Below, piece by piece: positions 26,795 through 40,076 of a DNA stretch of 64,000 nucleotides. The first letter of the stretch is position 1; the number at the start of each line of letters is the position of its first letter. Position numbers and translations under genes: made by a program. The notes under the pieces are model-generated. The model saw only the letters and a list, made by a program, of their open reading frames with translations. It was not told the DNA's origin and did no database searches. Source of the stretch: Octopus vulgaris (Eukaryota); contig OX597815.1 in NCBI GenBank assembly GCA_951406725.2, forward strand, positions 118,110,001-118,174,000, given 5' to 3'.

Positions 26795-27185
26795 GGCGCA
26801 GGAGTGGCTGTGTGGTAAGTAGCTTGCTAACCAACCACATGGTTCTGGGTTCAGTCCCACTGCGTGGCATCTTGGGCAAGTGTCTTCTGCTATAGCCTTG
26901 GGCCGACCAAGGCCTTGTGAGTGGATTTGGTAGACAGAAACTGAAAGAAGCCTGTCGTATATATATGTATATATGTGTATGTGTTAGTCCCCCCAACATC
27001 GCTTGACAACTGATGCTGGTGTGTTTACATCCCCGTCACTTAGCGGTTTGGCAAAAGAGACTGATAGAATAAGTACTGGGCTTACAAAGAATAAGTCCCG
27101 GGGTCGATTTGCTCGACTAAAAGGCGATGCTCCAGCATGGCCGCAGTCAAATTACTGAAACAACTAAAAGAGTAAAAGAGAGAGT
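26795..27185 (+). mobile_element. tRNA-derived SINE family B (CORE-like cttgggcaagt box, internal microsatellite)
   Basis: ggcgcaggagtggctgtgtggtaag...gggttcagtccc...cttgggcaagtgtc...gagtaaaagag tail. Other copies at ~21400-21590(-), 22768-23135(+), 28930-29310(-), 33480-33710(+), 33995-34320(+), 35040-35180(+), 37515-37910(-), 43060-43340(-), 51545-51930(-), 63445-63790(-). Confidence 0.85.
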
Positions 27186-27332
27186 AATTCATATTTGCTT
27201 ACTTATGTTGAATTGTGCTGGATTTTCAATGATTCACTCAACCTAATTTACTACAGTTAATTCAATTCACAACTGTTGTGTTACTTTGGTGTGCCCCGTA
27301 TATGTATATATACACATAAATATATTATATTT

Positions 27333-28567
27333 ACCTAGTATAGACATAAATATTGTTATAAACTTGAATTTCAGGTTGTTAATGATTGCATTCAAATGAA
27401 ATTTTGAACAGTTATTTGTGGGCTGAACAAAATAAATTCACAAAATCTATTCAAAATGTCCCTCTCTGTTTTCAATGCAATGCTTTAAGTGCTCAGGTCA
27501 TTGATCTATTGTAGTGCACACAATATTAATTGGAAAATTGGTTGTTGCAGCAACAAGAGTGTGCTTAAGAGAAACCAAATTTTTGTGTGGCTTACCACAA
27601 ATCATCTCCTCCAACTCTGACCACTGTTTGTAATCCAGAGAATTCAAATCCAGACTCTCAGATGGTCAATCTGCTGCCTTGATGAAGTCAGGAACATTTT
27701 GTGACAGCTACTCCTGAGTAACCTTGGCTTTGTGTGGTGGGGCTGAGTCCTGCTGGAAAATCTATTCTTTACCTTTGAACAAGGATTTGTTAAGGCTCTC
27801 TACTCTCTAGGATATCACTGATGTACACATGCTGTGGTTTTCTCACCCCTTCGTAAGTCACACCCCACTAAACCATGAATGAGGCAGGGTGATGGCCTCT
27901 TTAAACTTTGTGAATGATCTTAGAAGCTTCCTTTGAGCTGTGGGCATACACCCTGTCATTTTGACTGTTGAAGCTGACAGTGAAATTTTCTCATCCATGC
28001 AAAGGATTTTTCTATGAGCACCACCTGCGTATCAGAGAAATTGTTTGGATCTTGCCACTCTGATTGCTTTCAGTGAAGGAGTTAACATGTGTCCTGTACA
28101 TTGATGATTGGCATACATCCCTAGATATTCCCTGATTGACCTAGACATTGATCTAGGTGAAATTTCCATCTCCTCTAGCCATGATTTTTTGCTTCCTCAA
28201 GGGATTCCTTTGAATTCTGGCTTCAACAGCTTTGACCTTCTTGGAAGTCCTCACAGTGCTAGGACGATGTCATCGATAGTCTTATGATCTGCAAACCTCT
28301 TTCTGGTGCAATACACAAACATTCTGCTAATTTCAAGTGATTCAAGCAGTTTGAAAATGGTGGAGACATCATGACCTCCCTTCTGAAGACCAACAGCAGT
28401 TATATGGTTTTGTTTGACATTCCATTCCATTGTTAAATAGGAAAATTAGATCAGTTAATACCTGAAATTCAATGCTAATGACTGATATAAAGGAAAAATA
28501 TTTTAGGTGCAAAAAACCTATGAAAAATTGAGAAAATTTGTAACAGTATTTATATCTATACTTGGTG
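27333..28567 (-). mobile_element. Near full-length DD37D (maT, Bmmar1-like) Tc1/mariner transposon
   Basis: ~30-bp TIRs (acctagtatagacataaatattgttataaa and tttgtaacagtatttatatctatacttggt) enclose a decayed transposase. Confidence 0.88.
27447..28430 (-). pseudogene. DD37D transposase pseudogene
   Basis: MEWNVKQNHITAVGLQK...RIQRNPLRKQKIMA...HRKILCMDEKIFTV...FNSQNDRVYA...RGHHPASFMV*WGV...FQQDSAPPHKA...DLNSLDY...GHFE*. There are exactly 37 residues between the 2nd and 3rd Asp; multiple stops and frameshifts. Confidence 0.88.
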
Positions 28568-28594
28568 TGTATGTATATATATATATATATATAT

Positions 28595-28682
28595 AAGACC
28601 TTTTCATTTCCCGAGCATTAAATACATGTTTGTTGTCTACACCACCTGTCTTCATCTTTTGTTTTTATGTGAATTCTCCCTG

Positions 28683-28715
<33 letters not shown>

Positions 28716-28860
28716 AACAGGTGTATTAGTTTAATGCTCGGGAAGGTGAGAAAGTCTTTTATGTTTCAAGCCTATGCTCTTCTACAGAAAGAAACAAAAG
28801 AAAATAAACAGAGAATAAAAAAAGAAAGCTTTAGTAGGTAGCGGTCAATCATGGCGATGG
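28595..28860. mobile_element. Tail-to-tail pair of PLE terminal repeats (family 4) around a (TA)n tract
   Basis: 28595-28682 (+) and ~28706-28860 (-) are homologous. The minus copy reads CUUU-CUGUAGA-A-GAGC(AUAG)GCUU-GAAAC-AUA-AAAG. Confidence 0.55.
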
Positions 28861-29140
28861 CCGGACAGAGGTGTATGCACTCCAGCTCATGCCAGCATGG
28901 AAAGCGGACATTAAATGATGATATATATATATACTTTACTAGTTTCAGTCATTAGACTGTGGCCATACCGGGGCACCACCTTGAAGAATATTTTTAGTTG
29001 AATCAACCCCAATACTTTTTATATTTTTAGCCTTGTACTTACACTATTGGTCACTTTTTCCAAAACTGCTAGGTTACAGGAATGTAAACACACTAATACT
29101 GGTTTTCCAGCAGTGGTTGGGGAACAAACACAGATGCAAA

Positions 29141-29176
<36 letters not shown>

Positions 29177-30506
29177 GACTTATGTCAGTTTCTGTTTACC
29201 AAATCCACTCAAGGCTTTGTCGGTCTGAGGCTATAATAGAAGACACTTACCCAAAGTGCCATGCAGTTGGTCTAAGCCTAGAGTCATGTGGTTGGGAGGC
29301 AAACATGTTACACACACACACACACATATATCACATCTATGTGTGTACAAACAGACCCTTGTACATGTGTGTGGAAAATGAGGATCTTTCTGACCTGGCC
29401 ATTCAAAGATCATTGTTTATGTTGCTTATCGCCAGTCTGCGCAGCTGTTGTGACTACATTTCTAATTACTAACAAACCACTAAGAACATCACTAACAACA
29501 GTCCAGACCATTACATTAGTTACGGAATTATCATTTAATCTATTTTTCACATTTGATTTACACAAACCCAAGAGATACTGAAATTGTAGCAACATGATGT
29601 TTCAGATTCACTCTTGGATTTTTGGTATTTAATTGACGTTTCTGAACCCCAAGGAGTGTGAAATATAATGCTAGACCCAATCTGTTGCCCCTCTCTCTCT
29701 CTCTCTCTCATTTCTTTTTTATTATTTTGTAATGGGGATCACTACTAGTGTCTGATTCTGTTCGCATAATTTTCTTTTCTTTTTTTTTTTCTTTTACTCT
29801 TTAGCATTCAGATTACTCTGTCAAATATTATGCTTATTTATTCACATTGTTTTGAATTAACCATACATTAACTTATAACTTTGAGATTTTGATGATGTGA
29901 CTATTTATTTTCAGACTTGTAGGGTAGGTGTGAGTGGCCAGATCTAGCCAGTTCAAACATAAAACACTGAGAATATTTGATCTGGATATATCCAGATTAA
30001 ATTAGTCCAACCCGTGCTAGCGCGGAAAACGGACATTAAACGATGATGATGAAATGCAAAACAGTTAAATATGCCAGCAGGGAAAAGTAAACATAAAATG
30101 ATGCAGTTATGATGATAATGATATCTGGTTCATTTCCAGAAGACTCCTACACTCTCAGTTTTCTATAATAGTTATTAAACAAACAACAAACCAGTCCTGC
30201 AATGTCAGTGAACTCCTCAATGCTACTTATTATATATCTTCATTAATGTAACTCCCTATATCATCATCAAAATCTTTAATAAATTGTTAATTTCTGTTGT
30301 TAAACAACTTCACAGTTTCAAGTATCATGTTATTAAACTCCTCAGTTGGCACATATATAATATAATCTTACATAATTATATAAATCCATAATGTCCAGCA
30401 GTTTTAATTATATTGTCTGTACTATTATCTCTTATATTTTACCTGTTTCTTTCATTGGATCATAGCCATGCTGGGTCACTGGTTTGAAATGTTTAATCTA
30501 AAAATT

Positions 30507-30625
30507 GACCCCACTGCTTGTGTTATTAAGTTTGGCACTTATTGTGTTGGCATTTTTACATTGATGTAAACAAACCAACACCAGTTGTCAAGTGATGCAG
30601 GGGCGGGGGTAGGTCAATCATAAAG

Positions 30626-30675
<50 letters not shown>

Positions 30676-30791
30676 TCCCCCCTGCATCACTTGACAACTG
30701 GTGTGGGTTTGTTTACATCAATGTAAGTTAGCAGTTTAGTAAAAGCGCCAACAGAATAAGTACCAAACTTAATAACACAAGCACTGGGATC
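30507..30791. repeat. Inverted duplication of a SINE-B fragment around a (TA)n tract
   Basis: Arms ~30507-30609 and ~30674-30791 are near reverse complements. Confidence 0.85.
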
Positions 30792-30929
30792 AGTTTATAT
30801 ATACACATATACATACATATGTGTGTGTGTATACATACATTAGCTTCAGAGGCATATAGTGTTTATACACATACATATGTATATATGGTTGTCTACTCGT
30901 AATAGAGGAAGACCAACACTGACCATTGC

Positions 30930-32213
30930 CCATAAATTTAATTTTGTCCAGGATATCATCTTCAAGGTTAGGAAGATGAGTAGGAGCATTGTCAAGGATG
31001 AAGAGAGCCTTGAGAAGATTGTTCTCCAGAAGGTACTTTTCACTGCTGGTCTGAAGACAAGATTGACTCACTTGGAGAAAAGTTGCCTCATCACCAGGCT
31101 TGAACATTTGCCTTCCACATGACCTGCAGCTTCTCATCCACTTTGTGTGACTTGAACGCATGTGAGTTTTTGGAATGATAGACTAGGAGCACCTTAATCT
31201 TCAAGCCTCCACTCACATTGGCACAAAGGACAAGAGTTAGCCTATTTTTCATAGGCTTGTGGCATGGCATTTTCTTTTCCTCTACAGTTATGTAGGTTCT
31301 TCTGGGCATTTTTTTTCCAAAACAGGTCAGTTTCATCACAGTTGAATACCTGTTATGCTATGTACCCCTCAGCTGCAATGAGCTGATGGAGTTCGCATAC
31401 AAAATCTTTGGCTACCTTCACGTCAGAACTTGCTACTTCTCCATACCTGACGGTGCTATGAACACCAGTCCTCTTCTTGAAATTATCAAACCAGCCATGA
31501 CTGGCCTTAAATGCATTTGCTGATGTTTGCTCCATTGATGTTCCAGGGTTCTGCTTCAGCAGATCCCCATACAGCGCTTGTGCTTTCTCACAGATGATGG
31601 TCTCCATAATCATATTCCCAGTGAGATGCTTCTCATTGATCCACAGGAGAAGCAATTTTTCCATCCTTTCGTGGACAGATGTGTGTTGCTTAGAGAGCCT
31701 GGAGACATCCTTTACTGATGTAATGGCTTTGATCTCATCCTTTTTCTTCAGGATGGTGCAGATCATCGACATTCTTCGGTCATATTGATGTGCTATGTCC
31801 ACTACACACACTCCTTTCTCATGTTTATCAATGATTTCCTTCTTCATTTCTATCATAATCAGTTTTTCCTTCTTCTCAGTACTCTCCTCTGCACTAATCT
31901 TCTTAGGATAGATGGCTAACACAACTAATTATTATAAAATAATAGCAAAAAATGCACAAAGCTAAACAAAAACATTGGGAAAAAACACAATAGGGATGCT
32001 ACCACAGTGAGATAAACACATGAATTGAGTGAGTGGAGACTGTGCTTGTTGGGAGAGCATGTGCAAGCTCAGCGCCAACTACCAGCTGCTTGTATGAAAC
32101 TCGCTCATACTGTGGATTTCTGCTCCTACTTCAAGACCAGAAATTTGCATGAGCCTCAACCTCTACAGCAAATTACTCATACAATGGTGCACTCAAACTG
32201 CAAGGTTTTACTG
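30930..32213 (-). mobile_element. Tigger/pogo DNA transposon, 3'-truncated; CENP-B-type HTH ORF 31353-31922 plus frameshifted DDE fragments
   Basis: IEMKKEII...MEKLLLLWINEK...ICEKAQALY...FKASHGWFDNFKKRTG...GEVASSD, then MPRRTYI...KNRLTL.LCAN.SG, then LILDNAPTH-like motif; TIR-like TA-CAGTAAAACCTTG at the right end (32213). Confidence 0.9.
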
Positions 32214-34061
32214 TACTTAATTAAAATAACAGGTCAATGCACAGAGTGCACTAAGATGTCCCATGTAATGAGTTTGTAGTAGTAAAGCAATTATGCATGT
32301 ATTCATTTAAATAATCAGCTACTCAGTAACAGTTGAAAAAAAAAGTCACCTAAGAAATTAGCTTATTATATTGTTTTTATATACTTCTTCTTTTTAGTAT
32401 CACTTTATCATGCTGTGAAAGGAAAGGTAATTGGCTATGTACTCTGTATCTTAAGTTGGCTCTTTGACAATTGACAAGGCAGGTGTCTAAACAGATTTTT
32501 TTAAATTGCTACTTGAATGCTGGTTCTTTATGATATAAGGTTTCATTTGTCTACAATATGGTTGTCATTGCAACAGTAACCAAAACATATTTGCTGCTTT
32601 CAGTAGTTATTGACTCTTCCATTATCAATATAGGACATGATGCTCCTTCATTCAATATTGTTCCTGTGCAATTAAATGACATGTTCTTCTTATCGTAACA
32701 TGTCTTCAGTTCTCTTCCTACTGTGATGATTGGTGTTGTTGGCAACAGTTATAACAATGCATTAATTGACTATATTATTCTTAATGACTTTCTGTTCATT
32801 ATTCAGAATTAGGTTGTAATTTTGCTATTGTTATTTGAATAAGATGATAAACTCAAGATAAATCTTTGAGGATTGTCCTCAAAATAAATTATTGATAAAC
32901 CATCCAACCCATGCCAGCATGGAAATCAGATGTAAAATAATGATGATGTGTACATCATATATGGTAGTAAGTCTAGGGACAAAAAAACATTTCTGTCAGT
33001 CTTAGTAATCATCATCATTTAATGCTTGCTTTCCATGCTAGCATGGGTTGGATGGTTTTACTGGAAACTGATATGCCGGGCAGCTACACCAGGTTCCAAT
33101 CTGATTAGGCAAGGTTTCTATGGCTTGATGACCTTCCTAACGCCAACCACTCCAAGAGCATAGTGAGTGTTTTTTATGTGTCACCAGCATGGATGCCATT
33201 GACCTGACACCGGCATCGGCCACGACTACAGTCTCATTTGGCTTGATAGTTCTACACAAGCACAGTATATTGCCAAAGATCTTGGTCACCTGTCACTGCC
33301 TCCATGAGGCCCAATGTTCAAACGGTGCTTTTTACATGCCAGTCAGATGGCAGTGGCATCGGCCATGACTATGATGTAGGACAAATACATTTTTAACTTA
33401 CGAGGCTGAGATATCTATTTTCTGTCTAGTTTTTATTGTTGTAGACCATCATAAGATTTATTATTTAAAAAAAAGTTCATCAGGTGTGGCTACATGGTTA
33501 GAAGTTTGTTTCCCAACTACATGGTTTCAGTTCCACTGTAGGGAAAGAATCTACTGTAGCCCTGGGCCAACCAAAGCCTTGTGAGTGGATTTGGTAGATG
33601 GAAAATGAAAGAAGCCTGTTGTATGTATGTGTGTATGTATGTTTGCCTTTTCGTTTGCATTTCTTTCAGCCTTCCCACTGCTTGACAATCAGTGTTGGTT
33701 TGTTTACATCCCTTAGAAGTTTTTATAGACCTATCACAAAATTGCGTTTATAAAGCCAGAGACATAAATGACTACAAGCCATTTGAACCCTTTCATTACG
33801 ATATTTCTATTGAGCTATACCTTTTCTCATTTATCTCTTATTTGTTTTAGTCATTGGACAGCAACCATGCTGGGGTACCACTTTGAAATCACCCCCTGTA
33901 CTTATGTTTTACAACTGGCACTTGTATTAGCCTCTTTTGCTGAAATGTTAAGTTACAGGGACATAAACAAGCTATCATTAGTCACAAAGTAATGGGGTGA
34001 GTGGATTTGGTAAACAGAAACTAAAAGAAGCCCATCGTATATATATGTATATATATATATG

Positions 34062-34122
<61 letters not shown>

Positions 34123-34382
34123 CTGTGTTTGTTCCCCCAACATCGCTTGACAACCGATGCTGGTGTGTTTGCGTCCCCACAACTTAGCGGTTCAGCAAAG
34201 GAGACAGATAGAATAAGTACTAGGCTTACAAAAAATAAGCCCAGGGTCGATTTGCTCGACTAAAAAAAGGGCAGTGCTCCAGCATGGCTGCATTCAAATG
34301 ACTGAAACGACTAAAAGGGAGTAAGGATGGAGAATGGAGAGAAAGAATTTGTGACTGGTCAGCTAAGGGACCAGTGTATATC

Positions 34383-34429
<47 letters not shown>

Positions 34430-36098
34430 GCTTCCATGCAGTTTTCATCTATGAAATTCAGTCACAAGGCATTAATTGACCCAGGGCTATAATAGAAGAC
34501 ACTTGTCCAAGGTGCTATGCAGTGGAGTGAACCTGAAGCCATATGGTTTCAAAGTGAGCTTCTTGACCACACAACTATGTCTATGACTGGCCAACTCTAT
34601 GTCCAGCCATCCAAACCATGGATGTTAAACGATGATGATGATGATAGTAAACTAACTGCCATTACTGAGATGGTGTTTGCAACATAGAACAAAATTTTAA
34701 TTTGATTCACTTGGAAATGGAAATTAGTATCACAGAAACAGGATCTGTAGCAAAAGATCTACGCTTCACGGGTATCTCGTGTACATTCAATTATATTTAA
34801 CAAATTATCATTCACCATTAATGCTTCTACTTTCCTCTGTTATGCTATATTATCTATTTGCTTTCATTATATTACTACAATAGTCTATTCAGTTTTGAGT
34901 TAGCTAGTGTCTTCCTTTTGAAAGACATCTATTTTATCTTTTCACTTCCTTCCACTGTACTCAAAAGCCTTGCTCAATACATCATGCAGAATGTTTCTTC
35001 TTCAGAACTGCTTCTCTTTGAATTTTAATATCCAATTATAGCTGCAGGAGTGGCTGTGTGGTAAGAAATGTGTTTACCAACGACATGGTTCCAGGTTCAA
35101 TCTTACTGTATAACACCACGGGCAAGGGTCTCCTGCTGTAGCCCTGGGTCGAACAAAATCTTGTGAGTGGATTTGATAGATGTGTGTATGTGTGTACGTA
35201 CATATGTATGCATATGTATATACATATGTATGTATATGTATGTACATATGTATGTATATGTATGTACATATCATCATCATCGTTTGTATGTATATTTACA
35301 TATGTACATATTTATATGTATGTACATATTTGTATGTATGTATGTACATGTATACGGATGTATGTATATATGTACATATATGTATGTATGTACATATGTT
35401 TTACTGAATAAAGATACTTCAACAGTATTGCTAATCTGTATCAACTTCTTTCTATTCATTTGCATTTTTCTATCATAAAATGCCTTGCATAATTAGTAAG
35501 TTATGGATTTTTTTTGCCTGGAATGCCAAAAACTCACTACTTTGAATTGTCCTAATCTTATGTGGCAATTCAGTTCTCAAAGTAGAGTAAAAATTGCAGT
35601 AGCTTAAAATCCACAGGAATTGAAAAGATTGCTAGTAAAGTCAACCAGCTCCAATGTAAGTTATATTTAATGCATATTTTTATGATTATATGTTTACAGG
35701 TGGCTTTTACATTGATTCTACTAAATCTCCAAGGTTAATCAATCGATAAGGTAACAGACCTCTGTATGATATGATGTGTATATGTGTTTGTAAATATAAT
35801 TTTGTGTCTCTTTGAACACACATACACATGTACACATGATCAATTTTAATGTCCACTTTTCCATTGTTGCATGAATCAGATGTAATTTGTTAGGCAGGTT
35901 TTCTATGGTCAGATGCCCTACCTATCACCAACTCTCACTTGTTTCTCAAGTAAGGTAATATTCCCCGTGGCTGGACAAATTTTTATGAAAGATTAGAAAA
36001 CAAAGAACACTACATGTGTGATGTATGAATAAATGTATACATATATATATATATTTATTTATTCCTGTTATATGTGTCTATGTGTGTGTGTGTGTGTG

Positions 36099-36136
<38 letters not shown>

Positions 36137-38318
36137 TAATATGATTTAGTTTTAAGGATTCATTAGTAGGATTCGAGAAATGGCCAGGTACAATAACATA
36201 GAGTTCAGTGGTTTATATGTTATGACGTAATATTTTATGAATGCATTCATAAAATTCTACTGAAACAGCTGTTCTAAATTTTAAACACCATTTGCATTTA
36301 CTTGTGTGTGTGTATAGATAGATACATACATACATACATACATACATACATACACATTCACTTGTATGTATGTATACACACACACACATACATACACATT
36401 CACTTGTATGTATGTATACACACACACACACACATATAAATATTAAAAAAAATGGAACAAAAACACAATAGAGGACAATAAAACATTCGGACAGATAGCC
36501 GATACAAAGGCTGACAGGAAAAAAAAAAGACGAGGCATTTGTGGCCTTCTTTCATCAGTCAATTTTACCAGTTCTTACTGTTTCAGGCAGTTACACCTTT
36601 ATATGTGTGTGTGTGAGTGAGTGAGAGAGTTCCTTAAATTATCTTTATAATTTCCACGATTTATTTTTATCTGAGATAAAGCTGAGATCTGTCAATCAAC
36701 TTCTTTGCATATGTCTTTTATATAAACTGGAAAATTGTTTCTATGTAGATTCAAGGTCCAATCCAAGAATCCAAGCCAGCATGGAAATTAAATGATGATG
36801 ATTTTGAGGATTCACTTCTTAAATACACCTCAAATGTACATTGCACATATATAAACATTGATTCTGTTGGTAAATGAACATATGCGATCTAGCTTGATGT
36901 TGGTTTTTCACTTTGCTAATCAATATTTACCAACATATATATGTCTTAATGTAACTAGGATATTACCACACACAAATGTAAATGTCACACGTAAAAAATA
37001 TTGTAAGCAGCTGCTATCAATATATTAAAAACTCTAAGTTGCTCAGTGTCTCTAAGTTGTTCTACTGATCCAGTTAACAACAGTATTCAAGCAATAAACA
37101 ATACTAGAGTCATCTAGTTGTAACTCTACCTCAACAAATTCTATCTACTGCCATGCAAACATGGAAAAGCGAGTGTAAAAACGATTGTGATATATGTATG
37201 TATAAGTATATGAGTGTGTGTGTGTATATGCTGATTTGATATAGAAACATAAAATATATCCACTATTTAAGAATGAACTGGATGTTTTTTCCATGACATC
37301 ATCATTAGTGAGGTGATCAAGTACTTACAAGACAAGACCCCTTCAGCTGAGTGAAGTGAATTATTGAGGCATATGAAAGTATGATAGAGGGAGAGGACCA
37401 AGTGTCTTGTTGAAGAGATGAATACATGGCTTCTCCATCTGGAAAGAGAGAAAGATGTAAGGTCAAACTACAAGGTGGACATAATAGGGAGAGAATAAAT
37501 ATCTTTTTTTTTAATCTTTTTACTTGTTTCAGTCAATGAACTGTGGCCATGCTGGGGCATTACCATGAATAATTTTTAGTTGAATGTATCAACTCCAGTA
37601 CTTTGTTTTTTTGTTTTTTTAAACTTGGTACTTATTCCATCAGGGCCTTTTGCTTAATGACTAAGTTAAAGAAACATAAATACACCAGCACCAGCTGTCA
37701 AGTGGTGGTGGTGGTGTTGGGGGGGGGGGGGAAGCACAAGCACAAAGGTACACACATGCACTCAGTGAGCTTTCAGTTTCCGTCAACCAAATCCACTCAC
37801 AAGGCTTTGGCTGACTTCAGGCCAACCAAAGAAGATGCACAAGGTGTCATGCTGTGGGACTGAACCCTGAACTATGTGGTTGAGAAGTAAGCTTCTTACC
37901 CAACAGGCATGCCTCATCATTGTCATCATTTAACGTCTGTTGTCCATGCTGGCATGGGTTGGCCATTTTAACTGGGCTGGCACACTGGAAGGCTGCACCA
38001 AACTCCAGTCTGATTTGGCATGGTTTTCTATGGCTGGGTGCCCTTCCTAATGCCAGAAATTATGCAAGTTATTTCATGGTTAAAGACTTACTTAAAAGTA
38101 ATTTGGCTTGAACTCACACATGTAATATAGTGAATCCAAGTAATTAGTACAAGAAAACTACCAGTACAACAAGCAATTGAGATAATCCCAATATAAGTTT
38201 TTTTGGACAACACAAGAGTGGATCTTTTCTTTAGAGCCGACTGGTAAAAGTAACAAGCATGTTTGAGTTTTATTAAATCTCAACAGGGAAATATATTCTA
38301 CTCAACTGACAAGACAAA

Positions 38319-38382
<64 letters not shown>

Positions 38383-38516
38383 GAAATTATTGTATACAGT
38401 GCTCAGGTGCACCACAATATATGGAAAGGGAGAAGAAATGTAGTGATGTGGATTATGATAATTATTATTGAAATTAGCTGGCAGTCAGAATTTGCAAAGA
38501 TTGGAAGAAATATTAT

Positions 38517-39300
38517 ATACGGGATGTTTGGGATAAATTTGACAGTTTGCATGAAAGGAAAACAAAATGCAGTATCCCATCCAAAAATAAAACTTTTTGA
38601 TAGAAAATTAAAAACTATCAACTATATTATGGCTGGGAGATAAGTTTACTCAAGGTAGCTGCTCTCAGATTCCACCCTGGCCTCAGGGCAGCTCCAGAAT
38701 TTGGTGCATTCATTCCTCACTGTGTCCTTGGAAAGATCTTTGAACACTGCCTTGATTTTGGCCACCAGCTCGACCTTGGTGTTGCAGACAGAATAGTTTG
38801 TGCCTTTCTTAGTGTTACCTAACATATAGTAATCTATGGGATTACAATTGAGGGAATTAGGTGACTAGAAATTCTCTGATGACCACCTCTGACTCTTTCC
38901 AGAGGTATGATAAGGAGCCAAATCCTGTTGCTACACATATGTCCTTCTAACCCTCTCCAGCCAGGTTTGACCACAGACTCCAGCAGCTTCACATAGCCAT
39001 CTGAACTGAGCCTAAGGCCCTGTTTATAGATCTGAGGTGGCATTACATCACCTTGAATGGAGACACAGCCAAAAACCATTACAGTTTGGGGGAAGCTTGG
39101 TTTCCATGATGTTCTTGTCACATCTTACAACCTTTACAGTGTTTATAGAACAATGAGCAGCAGTCATGATGTTGGCATTTTGATACCTTGTGTGAATCGT
39201 CATAATACAGGTATCTGTTTCCCCGTATATTCATATGGATTTCACTCCTCCATGCCAGCTGACTTTTTCTGCCGTGGAGCTTTAATCTTTATGCTCTCCA
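38517..39300 (-). mobile_element. Decayed Tc1/mariner (maT/DD37D-like) remnant
   Basis: FPQTVMVFGCVSIQGDVMPP...GLRLSSDGYVKLLESVVKP...QQDLAPYHTS...NCNPIDYY...ELVAKIKAVF on the minus strand. Confidence 0.75.
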
Positions 39301-39429
39301 GTGCCATTGATTATTCACCAATGCATTAAGCCGTTTCTGACAAAAACAAGTGACAAAAACAAGTGACATAGAATATAGTCAAATTTAGCCTGAACATCAT
39401 ACACATGCACGCACACACACACACACACA

Positions 39430-39628
39430 TATAGTGAGAATTTACAAAAAAACAAAAGACAAAGGCGGATGTGTAAACAACAAACAGATGTATTAGTTTA
39501 GTGCTTGGGAAGTGAGAAAGTCTCTTATGCTTCAAGCCTACACTCTTCGACAGAAAGGAACATAGAAATAAACATGGAGAGAAAATCGAAAAAGGTTTAG
39601 TGGCTAGTGATCTATTATGGTGAATACA
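39430..39628 (-). mobile_element. PLE terminal repeat family 4 (degenerate hammerhead)
   Basis: Reverse complement ctttctgtcgaagagtgtaggcttgaagcataagagactttctc; homologous to 28706-28860. Confidence 0.55.
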
Positions 39629-39940
39629 GATATATATATATATATATACACACATGGGCACAGACACACACGCATATACATGCACGTAAGCGCACACACA
39701 CACACATTACGCCCACACAACTCCAAAAAACCCACACACAATATATGCCTACACGCGCACAACCCCCATACACCTACGTATACACATATAGACACAGACA
39801 CACACATGCACACAAAAACATGCACACACGCACGAATGCACACACCCAAAACTCACAACATCACGGATACACGTATATACACCCATATACGCTTACACAC
39901 ACATACAAACGCACACGTACACGCACACACAACTACACAC

Positions 39941-40076
39941 ACATACGACACGCACACACATACGACACGCACACACATACGACACGCACACACATACGAC
40001 ACGCACACACATACGACACGCACACACATACGACACGCACACACATACGACACGCACACACATACGACATGCACAC
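39941..40076 (+). repeat. 17-bp minisatellite (acatacgacacgcacac) x8
   Basis: Eight units read directly; the last has one substitution. Confidence 0.9.

Noticed and set aside
31353-31922. Domesticated TIGD host gene
   Set aside because: The ORF stops before the DDE domain, downstream fragments are frameshifted and a TIR is retained, so this is a decayed transposon.
39941-40076. CRISPR-like or coding repeat
   Set aside because: Spacer-less 17-bp minisatellite within a CA-rich tract.
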